From Ruditapes philippinarum (Eukaryota), in assembly GCF_026571515.1 (NCBI RefSeq), contig NW_026866837.1, positions 1 to 64,000 of the forward strand: a stretch of 64,000 bases of DNA. The letters run 5' to 3'. Below, in pieces: positions 52,701 to 64,000 of the stretch. The position numbers and the translations under genes are program-made. Position 1 is the first letter of the stretch; every line of letters starts with the position of its first letter. The notes below the pieces were generated by a model that was not told the DNA's origin, ran no database searches, and was given only the letters and a program-made list of their open reading frames with translations.

Positions 52701-52915
52701 TGCTATATATTTAGATTTAACACTCTTGTATATTCTTAGTCTTATTATTCATCATAATAATTTAAGACTTCCTCCAACCAATGTGAAGTAGGGGGAAATA
52801 TGTCACAAATACTGATAATATAAATTGGAATTTTGTTTTGGTAGTTTTACATGGTTACTACCTTATGACTTGTTAAATGTACATGTTATATGATTATGAT
52901 CCTTTTATTTACAGG

Positions 52916-53024
52916 ATGGGTCGAATATTCTTGGCACATATTGGTGGAACAAGACTGTTTTCATGTTCCAACTGTGACACACCTCTTACAAACAGGGCTG
53001 AACTTATATCTACAAGATTTACAG
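52916..53024 (+). CDS. YPEL5: Yippee-like 5, first coding exon
   Basis: Acceptor ttacAG|GATG; reads [36 protein letters not shown]; donor G|GTTAGT, phase 1. Confidence 0.95.
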
Positions 53025-53029
53025 GTTAG

Positions 53030-53810
53030 TAACAAGAATTACTGGTTATTAATAAAGTTAACAAGCTAGATTAAAACATAAGTTAACTGGTAATTTACAA
53101 AAATAACAATCTAGATTAAAGCATTTTCTGGTAATGCACAAAGGTTAAAAGCTAAATGTTAATTTACATAAATAACAAAGTATATTAAAAGGTTTTCTTG
53201 TATTTCACAAAGTTAACAAACAAGATTAAAACATTTTCTGTTAACTCACATAAATAAAAAGCTAAAATTAAAGGTTAACTGGTAATTAACATAGTTAACA
53301 AGCCAGGTTAAAAAGGCTTACTGGTAATTCACAAAGTTAACAAGCTAGATTAAAACATTTCTGTTAATTCACATAAATGAAAAGCTAAATTTAAACTGGT
53401 TATTAACATAGTTAACAAGCTAGATTAAAAGGTTAACTGGTAATTCACAAAGTTAACAAGCTGAATTGAAAGGTTAACTAGCTATTCAAAGAGTTAACAA
53501 GCTGGATTAAAAAGTTAACAAGTTATTCATAAAGTAAACAAGCTAGATTAAAAGGTTAACTGGTAATTCACAAAGTTAGCAAGCTAGATTAAAAGGTTTT
53601 CTGGTAATTCACATAAATAGCAAGCTAGATTAAAAGGTTTTCTGGTAGTTCACAAAGTTAACAAGCTATAGTAAAATGAGTATTGGTAATTCACAAAGTT
53701 AAGCTAGATTTTAAGGTTAACTGGTAATTCACATAAATAACAAGCTTAATTAAAAGGTTTACTGGTAATTCACAAAGTTAACAAGCTAGGTTTAAAAGTT
53801 TTCAGTTAAC
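53030..53810. repeat. About 39-40-bp minisatellite in YPEL5 intron
   Basis: Unit approximately CTGGTAATTCACAAAGTTAACAAGCTAGATTAAAAGGTTAA. Confidence 0.92.
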
Positions 53811-54941
53811 AAATCAGTCCCAAGGTTAACAGGTTAGTTTCAAAGTTAACATATTAGTAGGTTATTCACAAGATTAAATGGTTAATTTAATTTAAAAAAA
53901 GAACAAGGTTATTTACAAAATGTATTCATAGTAAAGGTCTGTTAATACATTATTAAGAGGTCTTCACATTGTTTCACATTCTTAGGGTCTACATTGTATT
54001 ACATATGTGTTACCATCACATACACACCCAAGTATCTAAACTGTAAAATATGGGTCATTGGGCTATATTTAATACTATAACAATAACTTAATTTGGACAC
54101 CTGTTTTCATGGTATTAATGCTATTTAAGATTTTAATGCAATGTACATGAAGCATTTGCATTACTTTTTATGTCTCATTGTAAGGAATTTATTGTATATA
54201 AAATGAATGTCAAGTGGTAAAAAAACATAATGTACATGTATGTCATGCTCAGATCATAGTTCAATGTCACACACATTGTTCTGTTTTAACAAATGCTGTT
54301 TTTAGGGAAATATATCAAATTTATTATGCATTGAGTCATGTGTTCATATAAGTCTTCATGTCTTAAGCTCTCAGGGAAGTAAAAGTAATGTATCACCATG
54401 CAAAATGAGAATACAAACTTCAGAAATCCAGGAAGTTAAGCCACATTTAAAAGTTTCCGAATTTACTTAAAATACCATACAAAAATTATTAGATTTTTTT
54501 TTATTATCTTGGCTCACATTTCTATTAATAACTCGTATTCTTTCTGTCAGCAACTGATTCAACCAAAAGGACGAGTGCAGACCAAGATCAGCTGACACAT
54601 CTGTACCTTCCTATCATGGTCTGCACTGTTTGCTTTTCAGACAGTATATGTATTTTTCCTACCCATATATCATTCTGCTAATTGGTTTATCCATATTGAA
54701 AGGTGGAAGTCAGTTTAATGGTATTTAGCAGGTAAATGGGTAAAGAATTCACCTTGACTTGACTAATTCAATTTTGCTTCTTTTCTACAACTTTGTATTT
54801 TCCATGAATGAAAATTGTTCACAAGTGACAGAAATCAATAAATGAAATTGAGATGAACTATGGTGACTGGAATAAATAAACATCCAAACCATTTCAAACC
54901 TATATCTTTCAGTAAAACATTTTATTTTGTAACTTTTTCAG

Positions 54942-55195
54942 GTGCTACAGGAAGAGCATTCCTATTTAACAAAGTTGTTAACCTGACCTACAGTGAAGTC
55001 CAAGACAGAGTTATGCTCACAGGACGGCATATGGTCCGCGATGTAATGTGCAAAAACTGTGATCAGAAACTCGGCTGGATTTACGAATTTGCCAATGAGG
55101 AGAACCAGCGTTATAAAGAGGGGCGTGTCATTCTAGAACGTGCCTTGGTCACTGAAAGTGAGGGTTTTGAGGAACATGTAGGGACTGATAGTTAG
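54942..55195 (+). CDS. YPEL5: Yippee-like 5, last coding exon; spliced protein 120 aa
   Basis: Acceptor ctttttcAG; reads [15 protein letters not shown]...[39 protein letters not shown]. Confidence 0.95.
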
Positions 55196-55644
55196 GAAAA
55201 GCTAACCATTTGACGGCGTTTTGTACATTGTTTTTTCATTTGGTTTAAAAACGGGGAAAAGCATTCTTATCAACCTGTTGTATTCATAGTAACTTTGTGA
55301 CAAAATCATATTTAAAGGAAAATAATATCTTTGATAAAAAGTTGAAAAATAATGCAAAATTATTAAAACAAGAGTAAGAATTGTGGCACACAATTATTTA
55401 TATGAAAGGAAAAGTATCTTTTATATGAATTTAGATGTGAATTCTTTCTCAAAGACTTATTAATATTTCATTTTTGCAGAATTCCCTTAACAACATGGTT
55501 TAATGTTTTTCTCCACAAATAACCAAATAAAATCATGTGCAATGTAGTGACACTCCAGATGATATCAAGTTGAATATCGGCACCCTATACATAATTGAAC
55601 TTTCAGTATCTAATTTGAATATTCAATAGTTTTGTATGGGAAAA

Positions 55645-55872
55645 AAGATTTTTCCTAGTTTGGATTAGTCTTTGTATGCTTGTACTGGCCAAGCATTCTG
55701 GAACCAATTTTTCACCTAGCTTGGATGTATCTTTTGATGCTTGTGCTGGCCAAGAGTTGAAACAACAACTTTTCACCTTGCTTGGGTGGATCTTTGCTTG
55801 TACTGGCCAAGAGTTGGAAACCAATTTTTCATGTTTACTGGATAAATCTTTAAATTCTTGCACTGGCAAGGC
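55645..55872. repeat. About 60-bp degenerate tandem repeat (about 4 copies) in probable YPEL5 3' UTR
   Basis: TTTTCACCT.GCTTGG.TG.ATCTTT...GCTTGTACTGGCCAAG is repeated. Confidence 0.75.
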
Positions 55873-56885
55873 TTAAGGAAACTAGATACAAGAATTCTCC
55901 TTGTCTGGTTCCATTGAGAATTGGTTTTAATTTTTTTGTACCAGTCAGACTTTCGGGTGAAAATTTTTTCCTGGGTTTTTAAATGCTAGACAAGAGGGCT
56001 AGGGTAAAAGGTTTTATGCATGCATGTTAAACATGTCAGGAGTTCAATAGATAATATTTCATTTATTGTTCAAAAATAGGATTTTTTTAAATTTTGTATT
56101 TTTGTTTTTATTTGAATCTTTGATAAAAATTTCTTGAAGTTCATTAAATTTTTGCTTTCAAGTTAATAAAATGTTGATAAAAAAATGCTTAATGATTTTG
56201 AACCTGACAAATCTTGAATGATTCTGTAATTTAAGTAAAGATTAACAATCCTCTGAATTTCACAAGTTTTGAAATCACCAAGACTTGGTTCCAGCATTTG
56301 AAGAATTTATATTTCATTTATCTTTGGTGAAATAACAATATATTTTTTGGTCTACAGAATTAAAGAGTTCCTTTTTTGTTGAATTATTTACAAAATAGAT
56401 CAGTCAGCTTGTATTGATCCTGTATTGGTATTGCATAATTTATGTAAATAACATGAGCTGATCTATACAGATGTGAATATTTGCCATGTCAATTACATGT
56501 ATCTACCTATAGATTTAGTGGTTTGGTTTCATATTATACACCTCAGATAGGAATGTTAATCTGTTTAGAATGGAAAGTTACATGTGTGTGTGTGTTTTTT
56601 TGGGAGGTTTTCCTGTTTCTGCACATAGTTGATTTTTCACTTTGGGCTATTTTCTTTCCAGGTTAATTATTTTCACGTTTATCTAATTTTTCAGCCTGTT
56701 ATCTTGTCACAAATAAAGAAATCTGTCTGATAGTGACTATTATTAATGAATTAATTGAGTTAATTTAAAGAAAAATGAAATCTTTGGTAAAGTCACCCTT
56801 TTCAAAAAAGACCTAGATTTAGAAAGTCAGCAATTAATTGTACCTTTTGATCAATAACATTACAATCTACCCAGTAGATTTAAGA

Positions 56886-57064
56886 GGAGCGGTGGCCTAG
56901 TGGTTAAGGTGTCTGCCTCTCAACCCAGAGATCATGGGTTCGAGTCCTACTCGGGTCACGACCATGTTTCTTCATATGACACCTGTACTGGTTGGTTCCA
57001 GGAAGCAGACTCGAATGTGATTAATATAAGTTGCAAGAAATTGTTTTGCATTAGAGCTTAAATC
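56886..57064 (+). mobile_element. tRNA-derived SINE
   Basis: A box TGGCCTAGTGG, B box GGTTCGAGTCC, then a body sharing GTACTGGTTGGTTCCAGGAA with the 18.7-kb SINE. Confidence 0.75.
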
Positions 57065-57679
57065 ATTCTGTTTAAACCAATTTACCCAGTTTTGATTCTG
57101 GTAAATCACCTTTTGCCTTTTTAAGAGAGTGGTTACATAGCAACTGTTTATCAATTAATATAAATTCTCTGTCCATTTTAATGTTTCTCCTAATTTTGTC
57201 GAAGAAAAGTTGCTATTCATTTGTTTATTATTTTGTTTGTTTATTTTGATAAGTTACAGATTTCTTGACAATGCATATATTGAATCAATGCATTTTAATG
57301 AGGACTTTTTTTACCAAAAAATGCAGAAAAATACTTTTTCTGTAAATTTTTTGCATTTATCTTTTCATAAAAATGCAACTTTAATTTGAATATTTAATTT
57401 TTCTTTTTCTCTTTGTACATGATTAAATATTCATATCTAAAGAAAATATTTTACAGAAGATAATTTATTGTCAATTATTTTTTGTTGGTACAAATGTGCT
57501 ATTACAATTTTTTTTGTTAAAATGTTATATGATAGCCTGAAATAAAAAAAATCACCTATACTTGCAGTGTGTATTCTTTTCCTTTAGGAATATAATCTTT
57601 AGTATGCCTGTAAGACTAGCAAGGTAAGGAACACATAAGGCCTTATGGCCCAGTTTTACGAGATTTCTGTGTGTGTGTT

Positions 57680-57957
57680 GGATTTTATGTTCACATAATC
57701 ACACTATAGGTCAAATGGCAACTTTCTAGCTTACTTGGTGGAGGAAGACCTTGCCTGCCCTTCTATGCATTATTTCAGCCATGAATGGGCACCAGAGTAG
57801 AACCACTGACATTGTCTGCTAATTGGATAGTTCCTCACATAAAAGGATCCAAAGTCTCTGTCCGGATTCCAACCCACAGTGGTGATAAAAAACCTTTTTA
57901 TGAGATAAAATTCAGTGTATTGCTCACTGACATGAACACTTGGTCAACATGGCCCCG
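57680..57957 (-). mobile_element. Diverged inverted copy of the 24797-25056 SINE
   Basis: GGTGGAGGAAGACC, GCATTATTTCAG, GGGCACC.GAGTAGAACCAC.GAC and GGATAG.TTCCTCACAT are reverse complements of that SINE body. Confidence 0.75.
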
Positions 57958-58309
57958 ACGCACAAAAACTGAAGCCGTCTGCTTGAATATGCTTCAAACA
58001 CAAATAAACACTAACTGGAAATCAAACTTGACAAAAACAATAAATATCCTATTATATTAGTTTTTACTTTTTGTCCTCTTATTGTGATACAGAAAGAGAT
58101 ATGCATAAATAACTATCATATTCGGCTCTTCATATTTTTTGCTAAATGATGTTGAATTTACAGATTCAGCCGTCATAATAAATGACAAGCTTGTATTTTA
58201 ACTTACTAATGAAAGCTGCTTCCCTTCCCAGCATTATACTGCAGTATTGGATTATTGTGATAGAGCACTGACCTTGTAAATGAAAGTTGGGTTAACTCCA
58301 TAATGGGCC

Positions 58310-58579
58310 CACAGACGCTTGGGGGTCAGATCCTGCCCCCTAATGATACGCCCCTGTAAACACTCTATCAAAACTATTTTAATATTTTAACACGAATGGA
58401 ACTTTAATGAGACTTGATGGTATACGGTATTTTTTTCATATATGTTAAAATTGTTTGAAAACCATTTTTATCGTTGTAATAGATGTCCCATTCGTGTTTA
58501 AATTTTAAAATAGTTTTGATAGAGTGTTTACAGGAGCGTATCACATTGGGGGGCAGGATCTGACCCCCAAGCATCTGTG
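58310..58579. mobile_element. Foldback MITE with about 90-bp TIRs
   Basis: CACAGACGCTTGGGGGTCAGATCCTGCCCCC...GTAAACACTCTATCAAAACTATTTTAA is inverted at 58490-58579. Confidence 0.8.
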
Positions 58580-60296
58580 TAATAGGCCATATAAAGGTCA
58601 GTATTAAATAGTCGATATTTTAATGAAGTTGAACTATCAAGATGGGCATTATGATCAGTGTAAACCTCTAGTTCATAGGTCAAAGAGAAATAAGCACTAC
58701 ATAATACATTCTTTAGTTTATAATATATAACATAAAACATACACAAAATTATTTAAAGCTCTTTTACTGTCAAATCAGATCATCAGTACAAAATACATAT
58801 TCAATAAGGTTGTGTTTTATGTATCATAAGTTTTAAGTGATACCAGCACATTGGTAATAAATAATAGTAATCTTCAAGCATTTACTGGTAGAGGCATCAA
58901 GATGGTTCCCTATATATTATTTAAAACACAGACAGGTACCTTGGTAGAATCACAGACCTTCAACAAGTTATCTGGATAGCCAATATCAGAAGTGAACATT
59001 CCTCTCAACAATTATGTAGGGACAAGTGCTTAAGTTATAGCAATTTCAGTCATTGTTTCAAAAGACTAAATAAGAAACATGTCTATAGATAATGAATGTT
59101 GCCACATTCCACAGAATGTCCCCATATTCCATTTTTTCAGTCTATGGACAGACAGTGTGACAGCGAAGTGGCAGTACAAGGGCAAAGTAGTATGAGAGTG
59201 AACTACATGTAATATAAAATATTTTTTACATTTGAATGATTAGCTTATGAAATTAAATTGTCATTTTTTTTTCAAAAAAACAATTTAGAAAGTTTAAGTC
59301 TTATTTCATCTCATTTCGATGATGAGGACTGGCTGGTGTTGTCCTTTATTATATTTGATGTGCTACAATTACTATATAGCCTTATGTCACATCAAAGGGT
59401 AACAAACTATTATATCACATGGTAACATCACTTTTTTGGCCGGCTGACATTACCAAATGTGCCTAACACGTAAACCATTTTGTTCTTTACCAGCTACCCC
59501 ACCTGCTCAGACTTTTCAGCACTTTTATCTAAAACTATTTGTTCAGCATTACAAAATAAATATCACATGCCAGAGAGGGGATAGAACGGAATGTCCACCT
59601 TTGACAAGAAGCCAACCTCAGCTAACCTATCAGTTACTAGTTACAACACTCGGGGTGAATCTTCCATTCTATCACTCAGTCGGATAAGATTTATACTGGT
59701 ACCTCTTACAAACCAGACCAACTTTTTCAAACCAAAAATCACACTGTACAATCTTCACTGAAGACGTAAAAATAAATATATTCTAGAAAACTTGTTAACT
59801 AAAATGTTCTGTATATATTTTTCTGTTTCCATAAATGCCAAGCCAGTTTTTGGTTTCTAATGTGTAGTCTTGTATCAAACACATTAAAATCTGCCAACTG
59901 TAGATCCTTCAAATATTTATCACAGATATACTGAAATGAAAAAAAACACAAACAAATTATCTCTAATGTTTAATGTCATTTTTAAAGATTTTGTCATGAT
60001 TTTATGAAGATGCTGGGGTAGAGGGTAGTCCTAAAATACATGCTGAAAATATCTAAATGATATAAGAAAATTTTGAAGATATCACATAACAATGGTACAA
60101 ACTTGCTTGTAGTCTGAAAGCATTGAATTTGGCCAATCGGTTTCTGACAAAATTGCTACATTACAAAATTTTCACAGTTCAAATGCTGTACCATAAAATA
60201 TTGTGTGCACAATAAATAAAGTACTTTATTTCATATCACACAATGAAACAAGTGGAAGATGAATGACAATCAATGAATAGCATTCACTATTTTTAT

Positions 60297-61850
60297 ACAA
60301 GAGGGCCATGATGGCCCTGAGGTCGCTCACCTGTATATAGCCCCCCCCCCCCGGGCCAATTTTAACCCAAGGGCTTTTATTTGTTTATTTGAACAGACTT
60401 GGTAGACACCCATAAGAAGATGTTTCATGCTAAACATCTAAGTTCTAGCTCATTGGGTTTTTTAAAAGAAGATTTTTTAAGTTTTTACTATACACATATA
60501 GTTAAAAACAATGACCCCCGGGCTTTTATTTGAACAAACTTTGTAGAAATTTACTAAAAGATGTTTCATGCTTAATATCTAAACTCTAGCTATATGGGTT
60601 TTTTCAAAGAAGATTTTTAAGTTTTTGCTATACACAAAAAAGGAAAATCAATGACCCCGGGGCAGGGCCAATTTGACCCCCGGGCTTTCATTTGAACAAA
60701 CTTTGTAGACACTGATTAGAAGATGTTTCATGCTTAATATCTAAACTCTAGCTATATGGGTTTTTTCAAAAAAGATTTTTAAGTTTTTTGCCATACACAT
60801 ATGAGGAAAATCAATGACCCCCGGGGCGGGGCCAATTTTGACCCCAGGGCTTTTATTTGAACAAATTTGGTAGACACCCATTAGAACATGCTTCATGCTA
60901 AATATCTTAGCTCTAGCTCTTTGGTTCTTTAAAAGAAGTTTTTTTAAAGTTTTTACTATATGCATATAGGGAAAATCAATGACCCCCTGGGGCGGGGCCA
61001 ATTTTGACCCAAGGGCTTTTATTTGAACAAACTTGGTAGACACTCACTAGAAGATGTTTAATGCCAAATATCTTAGCTCTAGCTCTTTGGGTTCTTTAAG
61101 AGAAGATTTTTTTAAGTTTTTCTATATGCATATAGGGAAAATCAAATGACCCCCTGGGGCGGGGCCAATTTTGACCCCCAGGGCTTTTATTTGAACAAAC
61201 TCGGTAGACACTCACTAGAAGATGTTTTAATGCCAAATATCTTAGCTCTAGCTCTTTAGGTTCTTTAAAAGAAGATTTTTTAAGTTTTTACTATATGCAT
61301 ATAGGGAAAATCTATGACCCCCTGGGGCGGGGCCAATTTTGACCCCAGGGCTTTTATTTGAACAAACTTGGTAGACACTCACTAGAAGATGTTTCATGCC
61401 AAATATCTTAGCTCTAGCTCTTTGGGTTCTTTAGAAGAAGTTTTTTTAGTTTTTACTATATGCATATAGGGAAAATCAATGACCCCCTGGGGCGGGGCCA
61501 ATTTTGACCACAGGGCTTTTATTTGAACAAACTTGGTAGACACTCACTAGAAGATGTTTCATGCCAAATATCTAAGCGCTAGCTCTTAGGGTTGTTTAAA
61601 AGAAGATATTTAAAGATTTTTCTTTCGGTTGCCATGGCAACCAGAGTTCTGCATGGAATTAAATTCTTTGAACAATTTTTAAAGGTGACCACCAAAGGAA
61701 CATTCCTGTGAAGTTTGGATGAAATTGGCTCAGTGGTTTATGAGAAGATGTCATTTAAAGCAAAAGTTTACGGACGGACGACGGACGGACGGACGCCGGA
61801 CGAAAAGCGATCACAAAAGCTCACCCTGTCACTTTGTGACAGGTGAGCTA
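60297..61850. mobile_element. Second copy of the 165-bp-array HINE-like element (about 7-8 units)
   Basis: Same termini, microsatellite and repeat unit as 37481-39347. Confidence 0.85.
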
Positions 61851-62826
61851 ACAAGAGCTGTCCGTAAGACAGCGCGCTCGACTTTTTTATTGCTTGCCAA
61901 TAAAAAAAGTTTTTGCAGTAAAAGGCAATACAAGAATCTCTGTATTTTTAAAGTGAACTAGTTGTTTGATACCCTTGAATATTACAGCAATGTTTATATG
62001 ACATAATTTATGGTAAAGTGAACAAGTGGATAGGAATGAATTTTTTTAGATTTTTTAAGTTTTTTAGTGCTTGCCTATAATACAAAACATTGACAGTTAA
62101 GGGCCATAATTCAAATAAAATCTTTGACAGAATTACCTTCTCCTGGACATGTTTGGGAATCATGATTGTAAACAAGTATTCCAACTTTCAAATTAATATC
62201 TCAAACAGTTCAGTCAAAAAGTGGACTGGTACTAAAAACTTAACCAAGATTCTAAGACGATAAAAGGCCTTAATTTTTAAAACAAATCCTTGACAGAGTT
62301 ACCTTCTCTTGCGTACAGATGGGGGTAATGATGTGAAATAGCATTAAAAGTTTCAAAGCAATATCTCAAAGGGTTAAGGCAATAAGTGGATTTTACCCAT
62401 ATTCAATGTATTTTCTAAGTCAAAAAGGGGCATAATTCTGTCAAAAACCTTGACAGAGTTATGTCCTCTTGTCTGTTGATGAAGGTCGTGATGGTAAACA
62501 AGTATGGTCAGTTTCAAAGCAATACCTCCAATGGTTTTGAAATAAAGTGAGGTGGTACAAAAAACTTAACCAAGCTCAATACACTTTCTAAGTCAAAAAA
62601 GGGCCATAATTCTGTCAAAAACCTTGACAGAGTTATGTACTCTTGTCTGTAGATGGAGGTTATGATGGTGAACAAGTATGGTAAGTTTCAAAGCCATACT
62701 TGTAATACTTCTGAAATAAAGTGGGGTGGTACGAAAAACTTAACCAAGGTGTGACGCCAACGCTAACGCCGACGCCGACGCCGGGGCGAGTAGGATAGCT
62801 CCCCTTTTCATAGAAAAGTCGAGCTA
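61851..62826. mobile_element. Third HINE-like family, directly abutting the previous element
   Basis: Starts ACAAGAGCTGTC...GACAGC hairpin and GCTCGACT. Internal repeats of about 170 bp (AAGGGCCATAATTC...TTGACAGAGTTA), (GACGCC)n; ends AGTCGAGCTAAAAA. Confidence 0.75.
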
Positions 62827-63624
62827 AAAATGACATATTTGATTCTTAAAAATATCCATTTTCATTGCTTTTGAAATAAATAAAATCTTCTGAAATTTGC
62901 TTATTGTTACTCATATTTTCAAAAGTAAGTCAAACCAAAATCGGCAAGATAATATACGCCATACTTACAAAGGGGTTAAAGAAATAAAGAAAGTAATTTT
63001 TCTAACGTTAACTTACTGTGTTGAGTAATATAGGGTACGCTCCTTTTGGCACATCTTTTAGAGCTCGAGCCTAAATATGATAAAGAAAGATTTTTCTGTA
63101 TCTATAATGGTTCAGTGTTGACTACAAAAATTTTATATACAAATGATGCAATAAATAAATGATGCAAAAAAATAAATAAGATAAAAGGCAAAAGTTTGTT
63201 TTGAGGTACACCTTTTTTGGACTGTCATTATAAGTATTTCTTCAAACAGGCAAATTTAGACACTTGGAGTTAAAAGATATAAATATTGGTATTTGACAAA
63301 TGACTGTATAGTGAATTTAAATATACATGTAATGTAAAAGATTTGTTTCATAATTAAGATCTTTGAAGTTGGTGATAACATTTTTACTACTGCTTCCAAC
63401 ATTATGCGGTCATGCCAACACTGCAAAAGTCATATGCTTATTTTCCGGTTTTACTGGTGGAGGAAACATCAAGTCTAATGGACACTTGAAATGAACCAAT
63501 TAGTTGTATAACTGCATATATAAAAGAAATTCCAAGTCAGTATCCTTAAACACTGATGGTTGGTTGCTTTACACAAGCTAATAGGCTGATATTCATTTCT
63601 CAATCAATTGCCAGCAGGGGGCAT

Positions 63625-63778
63625 CTGGGCCCCAGGTTATAAAGAAAATTGTTGATCTTTAACTCAGATCTCATGTTTTCGATTGGCCAGAAACCAGCGA
63701 AGGATTTAAAGTGACCAGTGAAAATCTTGAGATATGAGACAGGCCTCTGAAAATTGTTTTATAACCTTAGGGCCTGGG
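63625..63778. mobile_element. Short MITE remnant
   Basis: GGCCCCAGGTTATAAAG.AAATT ... AATTGTTTTATAACCTTAGGGCC form imperfect TIRs. Confidence 0.45.
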
Positions 63779-64000
63779 CAGCCTTTTACTAACGTACTTA
63801 CGTTAGCGTAACTAGAGTTTGAACATGACTTTTGTGTAAGCAGAACTTGGGTATTTATTTGCGTTTCACGAATCTTTCTTAGCTTTGCATTTGCGTAGGT
63901 TTTAAACATAAAGTTACGCTTTTTTATTGCTGGCGTAAATTGTATGTTCTGTTTAGTGAAACACAACTAACATAATTTTATGTTTTGCATAAGTCCAAAT

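Noticed and set aside
56886-56960. tRNA-like gene
   Set aside because: SINE head; cloverleaf incomplete and body shared with another SINE.

Overview
AT-rich eukaryotic genomic DNA with spliceosomal introns. The repeat types (tRNA-headed SINEs, HINE/DINE-like elements with internal tandem arrays, palindromic MITEs) suggest a mollusc, probably a bivalve; this is an inference. The main feature is an apparently intact, recently inserted 9,434-bp Polinton/Maverick-type element at 4536-13969. It has perfect 201-bp terminal inverted repeats (AGTAGT...ACTACT) and a 6-bp target-site duplication (TTAGTA). It encodes only three genes: a 1389-aa protein-primed PolB (C2H2 fingers, OTU-like protease, exonuclease, VSR-like nuclease, polymerase), a packaging-type ATPase and a DDE integrase-chromodomain. 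The ATPase and integrase each carry a GT-AG intron within or next to a catalytic motif. There is no room for capsid, penton or maturation-protease genes, so it looks like a minimal, capsid-less, intron-containing Polinton. The right half holds two head-to-head host genes, an EHD/PAST1-family ATPase (minus) and YPEL5/Yippee (plus). Also present are many MITEs and SINEs, four HINE-like elements, minisatellites, a Tc1 remnant, a LINE 3' end and a 222-N assembly gap.
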